Shown here one piece after another: positions 9,290-20,600 of a stretch of DNA of 64,000 nucleotides. The notes beneath the pieces are model-generated. The model saw only the letters and a program-made list of their open reading frames with translations. It was not told the origin of the DNA and searched no databases. A program made the translations under genes and the position numbers. Source of the DNA: Cyclobacteriaceae bacterium (GTDB lineage Bacteria > Bacteroidota > Bacteroidia > Cytophagales > Cyclobacteriaceae). The DNA is taken from contig JAVKCG010000034.1 in the NCBI GenBank assembly GCA_040222875.1, positions 30,748-94,747 on the forward strand, written 5' to 3'. How positions within the stretch are numbered: the stretch's first letter is position 1; the number at the start of each line of letters is the position of its first letter.

Positions 9290-11267
9290 AGTTTTTCTTT
9301 TTTTCTTTTTGCTTTCAATCAGTGCCCAACTATTTGGGCAGCGCATTGAAATCGACAGGTTAGAGCGGGATTTTGAAGGCTCTTTCCGTGATAGGGAAGC
9401 TTATGAACTTTCGCAAAAGTTTATTCAGATTGATAGCACCTATTACACTGGTCACTATTTCGAAGCGCTCTATAGGTACTTCAGGGCCTCTGATCAATTG
9501 GGTTATCAGCAGGCCATCAAGCCGCTAACCAAGGCTATTTTCTACATGGACAAGGATTACTCCAGGGAATTGAGGAGAACCACTGATCTTTTTGTCTACA
9601 TCAATACTTATCAATACCAACGCAAGTATGCCGTACTGATTGATTTGCTTGAAAAGTGTTATCAGTATACAAATGAACCAGACAAGGCCATTGGCGTAAT
9701 CCGTAAGCTGATCAAGAAAGATTTCGTTTTCAATTTCGGAGTTCAACCTTACGCCTCACTTTCCTGGATTTACCATCGCAACAGAACTTATAAACCGGAT
9801 AAATACCCTTTTCTTAAAAACTCTATTGAGGAGAATGTACAGTTGGCCTCAAAATTTGCTGATTCCATAAAAATCACTACTCGTAAAAATCAGCGATATA
9901 TCCGGCAATGGTTTGCTGATTTTGCAAATGGTGCAGATGGCAGCTACTACCACTTTAAAGATCTCATATACTCTTACCTACTTAAAATAGATTCTGCGGA
10001 ATACTGTGCGGCCCAATTGGAGCGATTAGACAATCTCTCCAAGAACAATTACGGAAACCTCCAGTTTATCCAGGCTAATTACGAAAAAGCCGAAGAGTAT
10101 TATGACATGGCCAGGGATCAGGATGGCTATCAGTTTAAGAGCACCAAGGAGTTTGATTACATGCAATCTGTAATCAGGATTTTCAAAAATGATCTAAAAG
10201 GTGCAGAATTGATGGTTGCCAATTCGCTTGACGTACTTGGGCCAACTCCGGGTTTTGGGTGGAACAATATCGCAATGGCCAGGGTGAATTACTACGCCGG
10301 TGATTTAGAAAAGTCAAAAGAACATGCAGACAAAGCAGCCCAGTTTTTAGAAACCCACATCAATTCTACCTGGGGCAAACTTCAATATGACCGCAATACA
10401 CTGCTATTCGAATATCTCTATCATCAGCAAAAAATCAAGGAAATACGATTCAACAATAAGTTTTACTGGTTATCTCTAAATGACCTCACTGACATTGCCT
10501 ACCACTTCTTCAAGAAAGAAAATGCACATCTCATTTTAACAAGTGACCTCTCAGCTAATCCGGAAAGATTTCTTGTACTCTATAATATTTTCGCCACAGA
10601 GAATACAATCTTTTTCGATGAAATATGGGAGATTATCAAGACGTTTAATTCTAAGTATTTCATTAGGCTATTTGAAGAAAAGCGCAACAGCGACCCAAGA
10701 CCGGGTATCATTAAGTATTATAATTACTACATCGCCAAATTCCATTTAGAAGATGGAGAAGATGAGCTGGCTATTTCTCATTTTCAAAAAGTTCTTGAAG
10801 ATGCAACCCTGGATCCTAATTATGAAAAGCTCCTGATAGGAAGAGTTTATGAAGGGCTGGCACTTGCCTATGATAACCTCGAAATGCCTGAGGAATCAGA
10901 TTCATTCTTAGTTAGGTTCTATGAGACTTACCCTCAATTAGTACCATTTTCCCCTTTGAAAATGAAAATGAATTTAGAGGTCAGCTACCAATCTCGATCT
11001 GAAGAGGAAATCGAGTTAGTTGAAGCAATAAAGTCAACTAACCTCCAATGGACTGAAGCGAAACAAGAAAATCTACCAACATTGCAAATCAACTTTGAGG
11101 TGGAAGACGGTAAAAAACAGGTGGCCTATTCAATAGTCGATACAAAGTCAGAGGGTGTTGAAGGCAGGGTAAGATTAGAAACAGCCGCTGCAGAAAAAGT
11201 GATTTACGCTGCTTTTGGGATTAAATTTAATCCTACATCTAAATCCACCGTTGCCGTCAATGATTGA
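9282..11267 (+). CDS. Secreted TPR-like/helical repeat protein of unknown function
   Basis: Signal peptide MLRVFLFFFLLSISAQLFGQ. The protein is long and Y/F/K/E-rich, helical-looking. The ATG at 9282 overlaps the MoxR stop (ATGCTTAG). No catalytic motif recognised. Confidence 0.5.
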   Translation: MLRVFLFFFLLSISAQLFGQRIEIDRLERDFEGSFRDREAYELSQKFIQIDSTYYTGHYFEALYRYFRASDQLGYQQAIKPLTKAIFYMDKDYSRELRRTTDLFVYINTYQYQRKYAVLIDLLEKCYQYTNEPDKAIGVIRKLIKKDFVFNFGVQPYASLSWIYHRNRTYKPDKYPFLKNSIEENVQLASKFADSIKITTRKNQRYIRQWFADFANGADGSYYHFKDLIYSYLLKIDSAEYCAAQLERLDNLSKNNYGNLQFIQANYEKAEEYYDMARDQDGYQFKSTKEFDYMQSVIRIFKNDLKGAELMVANSLDVLGPTPGFGWNNIAMARVNYYAGDLEKSKEHADKAAQFLETHINSTWGKLQYDRNTLLFEYLYHQQKIKEIRFNNKFYWLSLNDLTDIAYHFFKKENAHLILTSDLSANPERFLVLYNIFATENTIFFDEIWEIIKTFNSKYFIRLFEEKRNSDPRPGIIKYYNYYIAKFHLEDGEDELAISHFQKVLEDATLDPNYEKLLIGRVYEGLALAYDNLEMPEESDSFLVRFYETYPQLVPFSPLKMKMNLEVSYQSRSEEEIELVEAIKSTNLQWTEAKQENLPTLQINFEVEDGKKQVAYSIVDTKSEGVEGRVRLETAAAEKVIYAAFGIKFNPTSKSTVAVND

Positions 11268-11690
11268 TGAAATTCAAGAAGCTGATTTGCCTGCCTTAAC
11301 CTGGCTGTTCAGCTATGGCCAGATGAGAAACAAGACAGCCTGAAGCAGACTTTTCAGGAAACACTTTATCGTCCCAATGAAATCACATTTGCGCTGCGAT
11401 CAGAGGCGATGCTTATCGGTTTTGCAATTTTCAGTATTCGCTCAGAGTATGTCGAGGGATCTGAAAAATCTCCAGTGGGCTACCTTGAAGCCATCGTGAT
11501 TGACGACAATCAAAGAGGTCAGGGCCTAGCTGAAAAACTGGTTAATCATGGTATCGAATGGTGCAAAAGCAAAGGCTGCGCTCAAGTCGGTTCAGATGTG
11601 GAGCTGCAAAATAAAACCAGCCAACTCTTCCATGAAAAACTTGGTTTCAAAGAAGTCAACCGGCTGGTTTGTTATATCAGGGATATTTGA
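11260..11690 (+). pseudogene. AAC(6')-I-like GNAT acetyltransferase, apparently disrupted by a 1-nt frameshift near 11296-11300
   Basis: Frame A from ATG 11260 reads MIDEIQEADLPAL and then stops at 11341. Frame B is open from 11286 and reads NLAVQLWPDEKQDSLKQTFQE ... IRSEYVEGSEKSPVGYLEAIVIDDNQRGQGLAEKLV ... KGC ... LGFKE. Joined, the two frames reproduce the usual aminoglycoside 6'-N-acetyltransferase layout. The span is 431 nt, which is not a multiple of 3. Confidence 0.5.
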
Positions 11691-11692
11691 AT

Positions 11693-14600
11693 TTAATCCC
11701 GCTTAACAAATCTACGCCTCCACACCAGGCTGCCAATTTTAACTTCAGCAATGTAAACTCCATCAGCATAAGTACTAAGCGGAATGGAAATCTGTCCTGG
11801 ATTCTCAAACCTGAATTCGCCATAATCCTTACCTGTAAGTGGAATTACTCTTACAGTCATGAAGTCCACATTTAATGCTTGATTAAAAGAAACATTGAGG
11901 TGATCATTGGCTGGATTAGGATATAAAGTCATGTTCAGATCACCCACGGATGCTGTTGTAACAACTATCACTTTTGAGTAGGATGTTGTCCCGTCAAAAT
12001 CAGTTTGCTTCAAGCGGTAATAGCCGATTCCAGGAATGGGGCTCATATCCAGGTATGAATAATCCAGTCGTTCCTGACTGTTACCAGCTCCGGAAACTGT
12101 AACTATTTCCTCAAAGTTTAGAATATCAGTACTTCGCTCAATTGTAAAAAAGTCGTTATTAACTTCTGTAGCTGTTGCCCACTTAAGTTGAACTCCCCTA
12201 TCAGTCGATTCACCAGCAAAGAATATTAACTCTATTGGAAGTGGTGTGGATGGATCGTTGCTTCCAAGCGTGAAATAGCCACCATCTGAAAAGTTTGATA
12301 GCGCAATACCTGTAAATGTGTATGTACCGTCACCATTATCAACAACCGTCGGATCAATTATGGTACTGTTAGTCATACTTGGATTATTAGCATCGAAAAG
12401 CAATCTTAGGTCATCAGTGTCGATGCTACTCGTACCTGTCAAATCAAGGGTAATGTCAACAGTTCCTGTAGGGCTATTAGTGAGATCAAATTGCCAAACC
12501 CTGCCCATTCTGGATTCAATTCCTGATGGAAGATTAGTTGTAACAGAGCTGCCAACCGATGCACCGTTATGAGCCCAAACCACAAACTGCTCATCAGCAT
12601 TAAAATCAGTATTCTTTTGGACAGTAAGAATTGATGAATTCTCATTTGATTTGGAAGTCATTTGGATCAAATCCGACAAGTCGTCACGGCCAATTCCGGC
12701 AATATCGTTATCAAATGAACCATTACCACCAGGGAAAATCACAGTGCCACTAGAGCTTACATGGTCAGGGTTACCATTATTCAACCAGATACCATATTTC
12801 AAGCCCAAATACGTTTCAACCCTTTGCCGCTCTGAGGCAGTCAATACCTGATCATAGACTACAAATTCACCAATAAAATCATCATAACCATCACCAGAGA
12901 TGAACCCGCCATCCTGCCCTCCTCCTGTTGTAATGTCATTTACATTCTGACCAATTACTGCCACACCACCATCTGGTATCGCATCAGATGTAAGTGAACC
13001 AGGATTGCTTCCTTCACTAGCTCCGTCTATATATAAATTGTAAACATCCGTTGCTTCATCCCAATCAAGTGCCATAATGTGAGTGCGATTATCTGAAAGG
13101 TTTTGATCAGTATAATCAGAACCAGTATTGCCCTCACTTAACTCAAAGCTCAAAGCTTCTGTGGAGTTTACGGCAAACTCATCTGGCTCACTACTATCAT
13201 CGTCGTATGAGAACATGGTGCCGCCGGTATCATTAGTTTGGAACACACTAAAGAATGAGAGCTCTGAACCCCAAATATTGGACGTGGCATTTGCTAAATA
13301 ATCGTTCTCCGTTCCGTCGTTATTAAACTGAATGGCAGGGTTGAAGTTGAACCCTTCAACATCTGTTCTATAGGTTGGTATCGCATTGGATACGTTTCCA
13401 AATACATCGTTGGTGTATTGCTGAGAACTCACTTGATCATCCCAGCGTAGCACATTTTGACCGTCCGTATCAGCATCCGATGATGCTGCCAAATCCTGGA
13501 AAGCTCCCATGTCAGCCCTTAACCAAAGTTGGAGGCCTGATGTAACACCACCAGGTCCTTTGGCTGGTATGGCCGTCGAAAGAGTAAAAATATCATTATC
13601 ACCAAGAGTGACTCCGGTAATAGTCACTATTTCAGTACCCGAATCGAATGATGTGGCATCAAAACTCTGGACAAAGCCATCAGTAAAATCTCCATCTGCA
13701 TCTACCAATACCTTGAAATCAGCAACTGTCCTGGCTGAGAAATCAGAACCAACACCAGTAATACCTGATAGATCGAATTGAAGGGTTAAATCCCCAGGAG
13801 TTCCTGTTACGGATGCTCTCCATTCCCGATCAAGCCTCGCTGTTACATTAGAGGGTAAATCGCTTGAAACCTCTTCAATTGTTCCATTATCATCGTTGTC
13901 GTTGCCCCAGGCAACAAATGTGAAATTATTAGTAAATGAAGCTGGATTGGCGGGATCATTTCCATTGGTAATGGTCATGATTGCATCTGAATTAATACTT
14001 TTCGACTGAGTCTGGCTCAACGTTGATTGATCATCTCTACCTATACCTGCAATGTCATTTGAATAAGTGATAAAATCTGGATTGGAAGATGAAGCTGGGA
14101 AAATCACTGCACTATTAGAAGCAACATAATCTCGGCTGGTACTTTGATCGAGGGTGATTCCATATTTTATGGCAAGGTAAGACTCAACCCGTTGCAGCTC
14201 ATTAGCCGTTAGGTCATCCGTATAAACTACCACTTCTGCAATATTGCCATCCCAACGATTAGATCCAGAGTTAGCCTCAGCTCCTATGTGCACAGCTTGA
14301 TCACTGGAGATATCCATAGTTGTGAAATTATCTCCATCCCCGTCTAACCTTAAATTGGTCGTCTGATCCGTTCCATTTATCCAAGTCACACCTAATAAGT
14401 GGGTCATATCAGCAGTTAATGCGACAGAATGTGATACTCCTTGAGGGGTTGAATTATCATCAACAAACCTCAAATCTGAGCCTGAAGTTCCCAAACTGGG
14501 GTCAGTCGCAGCAGCACCAAAGCCTACTCCAACATCACCAGCAGTCAAAGAAGTATTGCTACCGATCAAAAATGTGGACCCATCGGAATTTGTATTCATA

Positions 14601-17600
14601 GGATTTGATCCGAATAAATGACCCTGAGCAGTAAAGTCCAGAAATGGGTTAAAGTTGAAAGATTCGTCAGCGGCTTGAAGCGTCGGTTCTTCGGTGCCAG
14701 TCACATCATTTCCAGCTGTACTTTGATCCACCCATTCGTCAACAACTCCTGAAGTTACATCACCTCCATTATTTCGAGTACCGGCATCAGCTTTAGTCCA
14801 CAAAGTGAGATCAGCTGAAACACCACCTGGTGCTACAGGCAGCACTCCTATTGTGAATGGCTCTCCATCATTAAACATGATATTTGAGAAACTGGCGGTA
14901 GTACCGTCGTAGCTGTCGTAAGGTTCAACTCTCAGGGTACCTGTAGTGAAATCACCATCAAGGTCTTCATCAATTACGATGGCCATCACTGCTGTAGATG
15001 CCGGTTGATTCGTTGTATTGCTTAAGTCAAATGATAGATCGATATTTCCCGGTGTATTGCTAACGTAGGCCTTCCACTCTAAATCTAAGATGTCCGTTAG
15101 TTCAGCAGGCGTTCCTCCCGTGGCATTGAATGTTGGCGTTGTTACACCGTTACTACCCCACACCACAAAGCTTCTATCAACCGCAAAAGATGACTTGCTG
15201 CCAGTTAAAATTGCACCAGTCGCAATGTTCTGATTCACACTTCTTGATTGCAACTGGATCAGCCCTGAGCCATCATCCCTACCAATACCAGCAATGTCGT
15301 TATCGTAAACTGTTTCAGTTGAACCTGGGAATATGGTTTCTGCTATTGAATTCAGGTAATCCTGATCCTGGAACAGTGTAATGCCGTATTTAATGCCAAG
15401 GTAACTATCAACCCGTTGACGTTCTGTTGCCGTCAAGTCCATTGGATAAATTATTACCTCACCAATCTCACCAATAAACCTGGATGAAGACGAGAACCCG
15501 CCATCCGTGAGGTTATCAATATCCTGGCCGATTATGAAAGTTCCATCAGTCAATCCTGTATTAAGTGTGACATCTGTACCAGATGTTGTAGCTAATGACT
15601 GATTGTTCACAAGAATTTCGGTGTCGTCATTGCCATCAACATATCTCGTGTTTACAATTCTGGGAATGCCATCTCTAATTTCTGTTGCTGTTGTCGTTTG
15701 TAATGTATTGTTGAACTGATCAATTGAGCCATCTGCCTCCAGAAGTAAGCGAATGTCGTTATCCGAATCAGCATCATCCATGTAAGAAAAGATGGTTTGA
15801 TCCTGAGATTGATTAGAAGTTTGTGATACTACAAATGCATCAATTTCAGAATTAGGGAAATTGGAGAATCCGGTGAAACCGAGATAGTCTGTTGCATCAG
15901 CAAAATTAATTGATGGGTTACCATTAAAATCGGAGTCAGAAAGTGTTATTTCGGGATTCGACCCTGTTGTCGATAATTGGCCACCAGCATCCAAATCCAA
16001 AACCCAACCATTGGTACTTTGATCTATCCATTGTGATACCTGATTGCTACCGTTGTAGGTAACATCTGTATCGGCCTTAGTCCATACCAAAACACCCGCT
16101 ACACCACCAGGAGCTGCCGGGGGCACATTAATCAGTGGGCAGTCTAAATTTGCCGCTGGTGGCAGAGATGTAGTTTCGAAACCGCCGGAGCCACCAGCTG
16201 CCACACCCGCACCTGCACCTGATGCACCCGCTGCACCACCTACAACTGAAACAGTCGGTAAAACAGAAACGATGCCGCCTCGACGGATAATAACAATCTC
16301 TCCACCAGAGCCACCACCGCCACCAGCATCATTACCATTGCTGGTAGTAGAACCGTCGCCTCCCTCAGAAGTTAAGGTTAGGCCATTTAAGTCTTCAGTA
16401 TCAGTAACTATAATGACAGAACCACCTGCGCCACCGCCGCCTGCGCCCTCCTCAGTTTGAGTAGCACCATCTTGTCCGTTTGCAGTTATACCACCTGTTC
16501 CGGTAATGCTATTTGCTCTGAGAATTACGATACCTCCGCCCGGCTGGCCACTAGCGGCTACTTGTGTAAAGCCTCCCTCATCATCAATACCACCAGAACC
16601 CCCACCGCCACCGAGGAAGGCCCTTGCGCCATTTTCAATATCTTTCGCTCCGCCACCGATACCCTGATTAGAAAACTCGTTATCTGGGTTTGTAGGGTTA
16701 CCTAATTCTGTTATTTCACCATCATTGGGGTATGAGCCTGTACCGCCAGGATTACCAGCACCACCTCCACCACCACTACCATCATAACGCCCCGCACCAC
16801 CAGCATTGCCTGGGCCACCATGCCCCCTATCCGCAAAGTAGGTCATAGTATATGGAGAGGTACCTAAATCACTGGTTACATCCAGCGTGGCAGAAGAACC
16901 CGGATAGCCAGGTGACTCTGCACCAGGCAATGTTGCACCTACTAACGAACCACCTAACACCGGTGCTTCATCGTATCCATGTGTCTGACTCGGTGTTCCG
17001 GCATAACCTTCACCACGGTAGCCAACCTCTGGGCTTTCATTATCTGGCCGTACGTCTGCTGTGGTTCTCAATCCGCCCCTGAACCCCATGCCATCAACAT
17101 CTATTGTTCCGTTGAGGGTTAAACTTGTGAATGCATCCATGACAATTATACCACCAGTTCTACCATTCCACGGTGCTGCATTAACCGAAGCTCCACCATT
17201 GATGGTTACATTAAGGTGATTGGCTACCCTCACCAATTGAAAGGTTTGTCGGCCTAAGTCCGAACTAAAATTCGCTTGGGTAACCTCATGGTTATAAGTA
17301 TTAACTACCGGATTTTTTACCAGGATAGTACCACCGGATCCAGTATTATATCCACTGGCATCGGTTACAACAACGAACTCATATTGACCAGCTGTAAAGT
17401 CTTCAGTTTCTACGAAGCCAGCCCTGTCATTACCACCCGAACCATCACCGTAAGAGTTATTTAATCTATCATCCGGAAGAGTACTGTTTATTTCCACACC
17501 CTGCATTTGAATCAATAGAAGTAAATCTCCATCTGAGATGCCGTTTCCAGGAACGCCAGTTCCAGTTCGCATTGGGCCTAATGTGATTGTTTGTGTACCG

Positions 17601-20600
17601 GACAAAGCATCTGCACCACCAGGGAAGTAGTCATTCAAAATGACGTCAGAAGTTACAGTAATGTCACTTGAACCCGCCACACAGTTACAATCGAAATCGC
17701 CAGATGACCCTCCGCCAGCAGCTGTACCTGAACCTTGCAGGGTGAAAGTGTAAGGGTTTTCGTCGGAGTCATCATTATCGATACTAACCGTAACCTGATG
17801 AACACCGGCAGCCGTAGGTGCGAATTGTACCTGGAAAGTCGTGGTGCCACCGGAGGCTGTTACTGGTGTGGACGGTTGGGTAGTAACTGAAAAATGTGTT
17901 GTTGCTCCGGATAGTGCAACAATAGGCCCACCTGTTAAATTCAAATCGGCACTTCCTGCATTTGTAATAGTAAATGTATGTGTGTCTGAATTGTCAACAT
18001 CTACGCTTCCAAAGTTGGTATCATCTGATACCGAAGGTGTTGTATCTCCGTTTGGTATTTCTGTTGAACTCCCTTCAACTAACATCTCAGGAATGATAGC
18101 ACCAGTACCACTTATATCAAATGTGTATGGGTCTTCATCGGTATCATTATTTTCTATAGATACCGTTGCGGTTACAGTACCAACTGCACTCGGATCAAAA
18201 GTAATCTCAAAATCAACACTGCTGTTAGCCCCGACAGGAGATGTGGCCTGGCTGGTTACTGTAAAATCTGATGAGCCACTTAATGCAATCACAGGGCTGC
18301 CGTCCAAAATCAAATCAGCCCCGCCTGTATTATTAATGGTGAAAGTTCTAACTATCGTTTGACTGCCAGTATCAGTGGTGCCGAAATCAGTGTGATCTGC
18401 TGCATCCGGGGTGATGTCTCCATCCGTTATTTCAACGTTATTCCCCTCAACGCTCATTTCCTGAATGGTAATGTATGAGAAATAATCTCCATCGCTTAAA
18501 TCCAAATCGACTGTCCATGTTGATCCACCGTCTGTAAGGGGAGTTACAGTACCGCCTGTACCAAGCGCAGGGTCATTATGAACATAGATTGCATTGATGG
18601 AGGCAGGTACGTCCGCCTGATTAATAGTTAAAGTGACAGTGCCCACATCGTTCGTCTCTTCTACTTTCCAAATCCTCGCTATTCCGTTATTGATAATCCC
18701 GTTGTAATCACCTGTAAGTGCTGTGGCTGCTCCTCCGTTTGTACCCCATAATAGAAAATCTCCACTTGCCTGCGCTTGTGCATTGGACACTTGTAGTATG
18801 GCTGAAGCGTTAACACTTTGAGAAGTTGTTTGGGTTAAAGCCTGGTCAATATCTGACCCAATGCCTGCGATATCATTGTCAAAAGTGGCATCAGGTGCGT
18901 AAAGCACCGTGGCGCCGTTGGCCAGTGTATAACCGGTTGATGAAATATCCAGGGTTATACCATACTTAATGGCCAGATAAGACTCCACATCCCTCCGATC
19001 AGCAGCCGATAGTTCACTTGCGTATAAAATCACCTCGGCCACGGTGCCAACTAATTCTTCTCCACCTGCAAAGCCCCCTCCAACTTCATTATCAGTTTCC
19101 TGACCAAGAACAACAAGGCCATCATTCTGAATGGTGGCTGTATTTTCATTAAAAGTTGATGTACCGGCTAAAGTACCATTTTGGAAAACATTTAAGCCAT
19201 CAGAAACTTCATCAAAGTCAATGGCCATTACTTGTGGTATACCATTCACGAAATCAACCCCAATGTCATTCTGATCGGCATGGATATCGACTTCCAGGGC
19301 ATTCAATTCTGCAATTACAACTTCGTCAGTTGTCCCAACAGCGTAAGAAAACAGACCTCCAAAGTTTGTTGCTGTGCTAAACTCAACTGCGAAAAAGGTA
19401 AAGGCATCAGGTGGCATTATTGAATAGTTCTCCACAGCTATATAGTCATCATCGAACTCTAAAGCCGGATTACTATTGATGGATGTTTCCCTAAATGTGG
19501 GGCCACCTTCACCCACTCCAAGTGGTTGTGTGAGAATTGTCCCGTTGATTGACTGATCTGTCCAATTGTCCACTTCCTGGCCCTCTGTAGCAAGGCTACC
19601 AGTGTTGTCAGCATCCGCATCAGCTCTCAACCAGAGGTTCAAATCCGTTAAGACTGCCCCAGGTGATTGAAGGTTTGTACCTCTTATTGTAAACGTATAG
19701 GGGCTTTCATCGGAGTCATCGTTTGTTACGGTCACAGTAGAAGTAAACTGGCCGGAACCTGAAGGTGTAAAAGTGATTTCAAAGGTTGTAGTACCGCCTG
19801 TAGCGGCTACTGTTGTTGCCGGCTGAGAAGTAACACTGAAATCGGTGGTGTTGCTAACCGAAGCGGCATTTGAGCCTAACGTCAGGGTTGCCGTACCGTC
19901 ATTCACTACCGTAAAAGTGGTTGCAATACTTGTTTTGGTGTCACCAAAATCGGTATCATCAACAGCTGTTGGGGTTGCATCCCCGTTTACAATTTCAACG
20001 CTGTTTCCTTCAATGCTCATTTCCGGCAGATTGGCTCCCGTTCCTTGAATGGCGTAGTCGAAAGCTGTTTCATCCGTATCGTCTGAATTTATTGTGATGG
20101 TTGCATCCCTCGCACCTAAAGCACTTGGATTGAATGTGACGTCGAATGTAGTAGTGCCGCCACCTGCCGCTACTGGACTTGTGGGAGATGAAGTAACTGA
20201 AAAGTCTGCCGCTTCACTACCAGAAATATTGACACTTGATATTGAGAGAGCCACATTACCGCTATTGGTAATAGTAAAAGTGTTGGTCACAGAGCCGGCC
20301 GCTATATCTGCTTGCCCAAAATCAGTATCGTCGCCTGCATCAGGAGTAGCATCGCCATCCACAATATTTGTGGCATTGCCGGAAACCGCAATTTCCGGAA
20401 AACCTATGAAACTAAAATAGCTAGTAGCATCGTCAGTGAAGGCTACATCCACGGTAAAAGGTGAGCCTCCTGTTAGTGCAATTACTTGCTCAGGTGAACT
20501 TAGATCAGAATCGTTATCTACAATGATATGAGTAACCCCGGTTGGTAAATTAGCTCCATCAATAGTTAATGTAACTGTACCAACATCACCGGTTTGAACA

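Noticed and set aside
11290-11305. Programmed -1 ribosomal frameshift as an explanation for the split GNAT gene
   Set aside because: There is no X-XXY-YYZ slippery heptamer at the frame junction (GCC TTA ACC TGG) and no obvious downstream stimulatory structure. A simple indel or sequencing error is more parsimonious.
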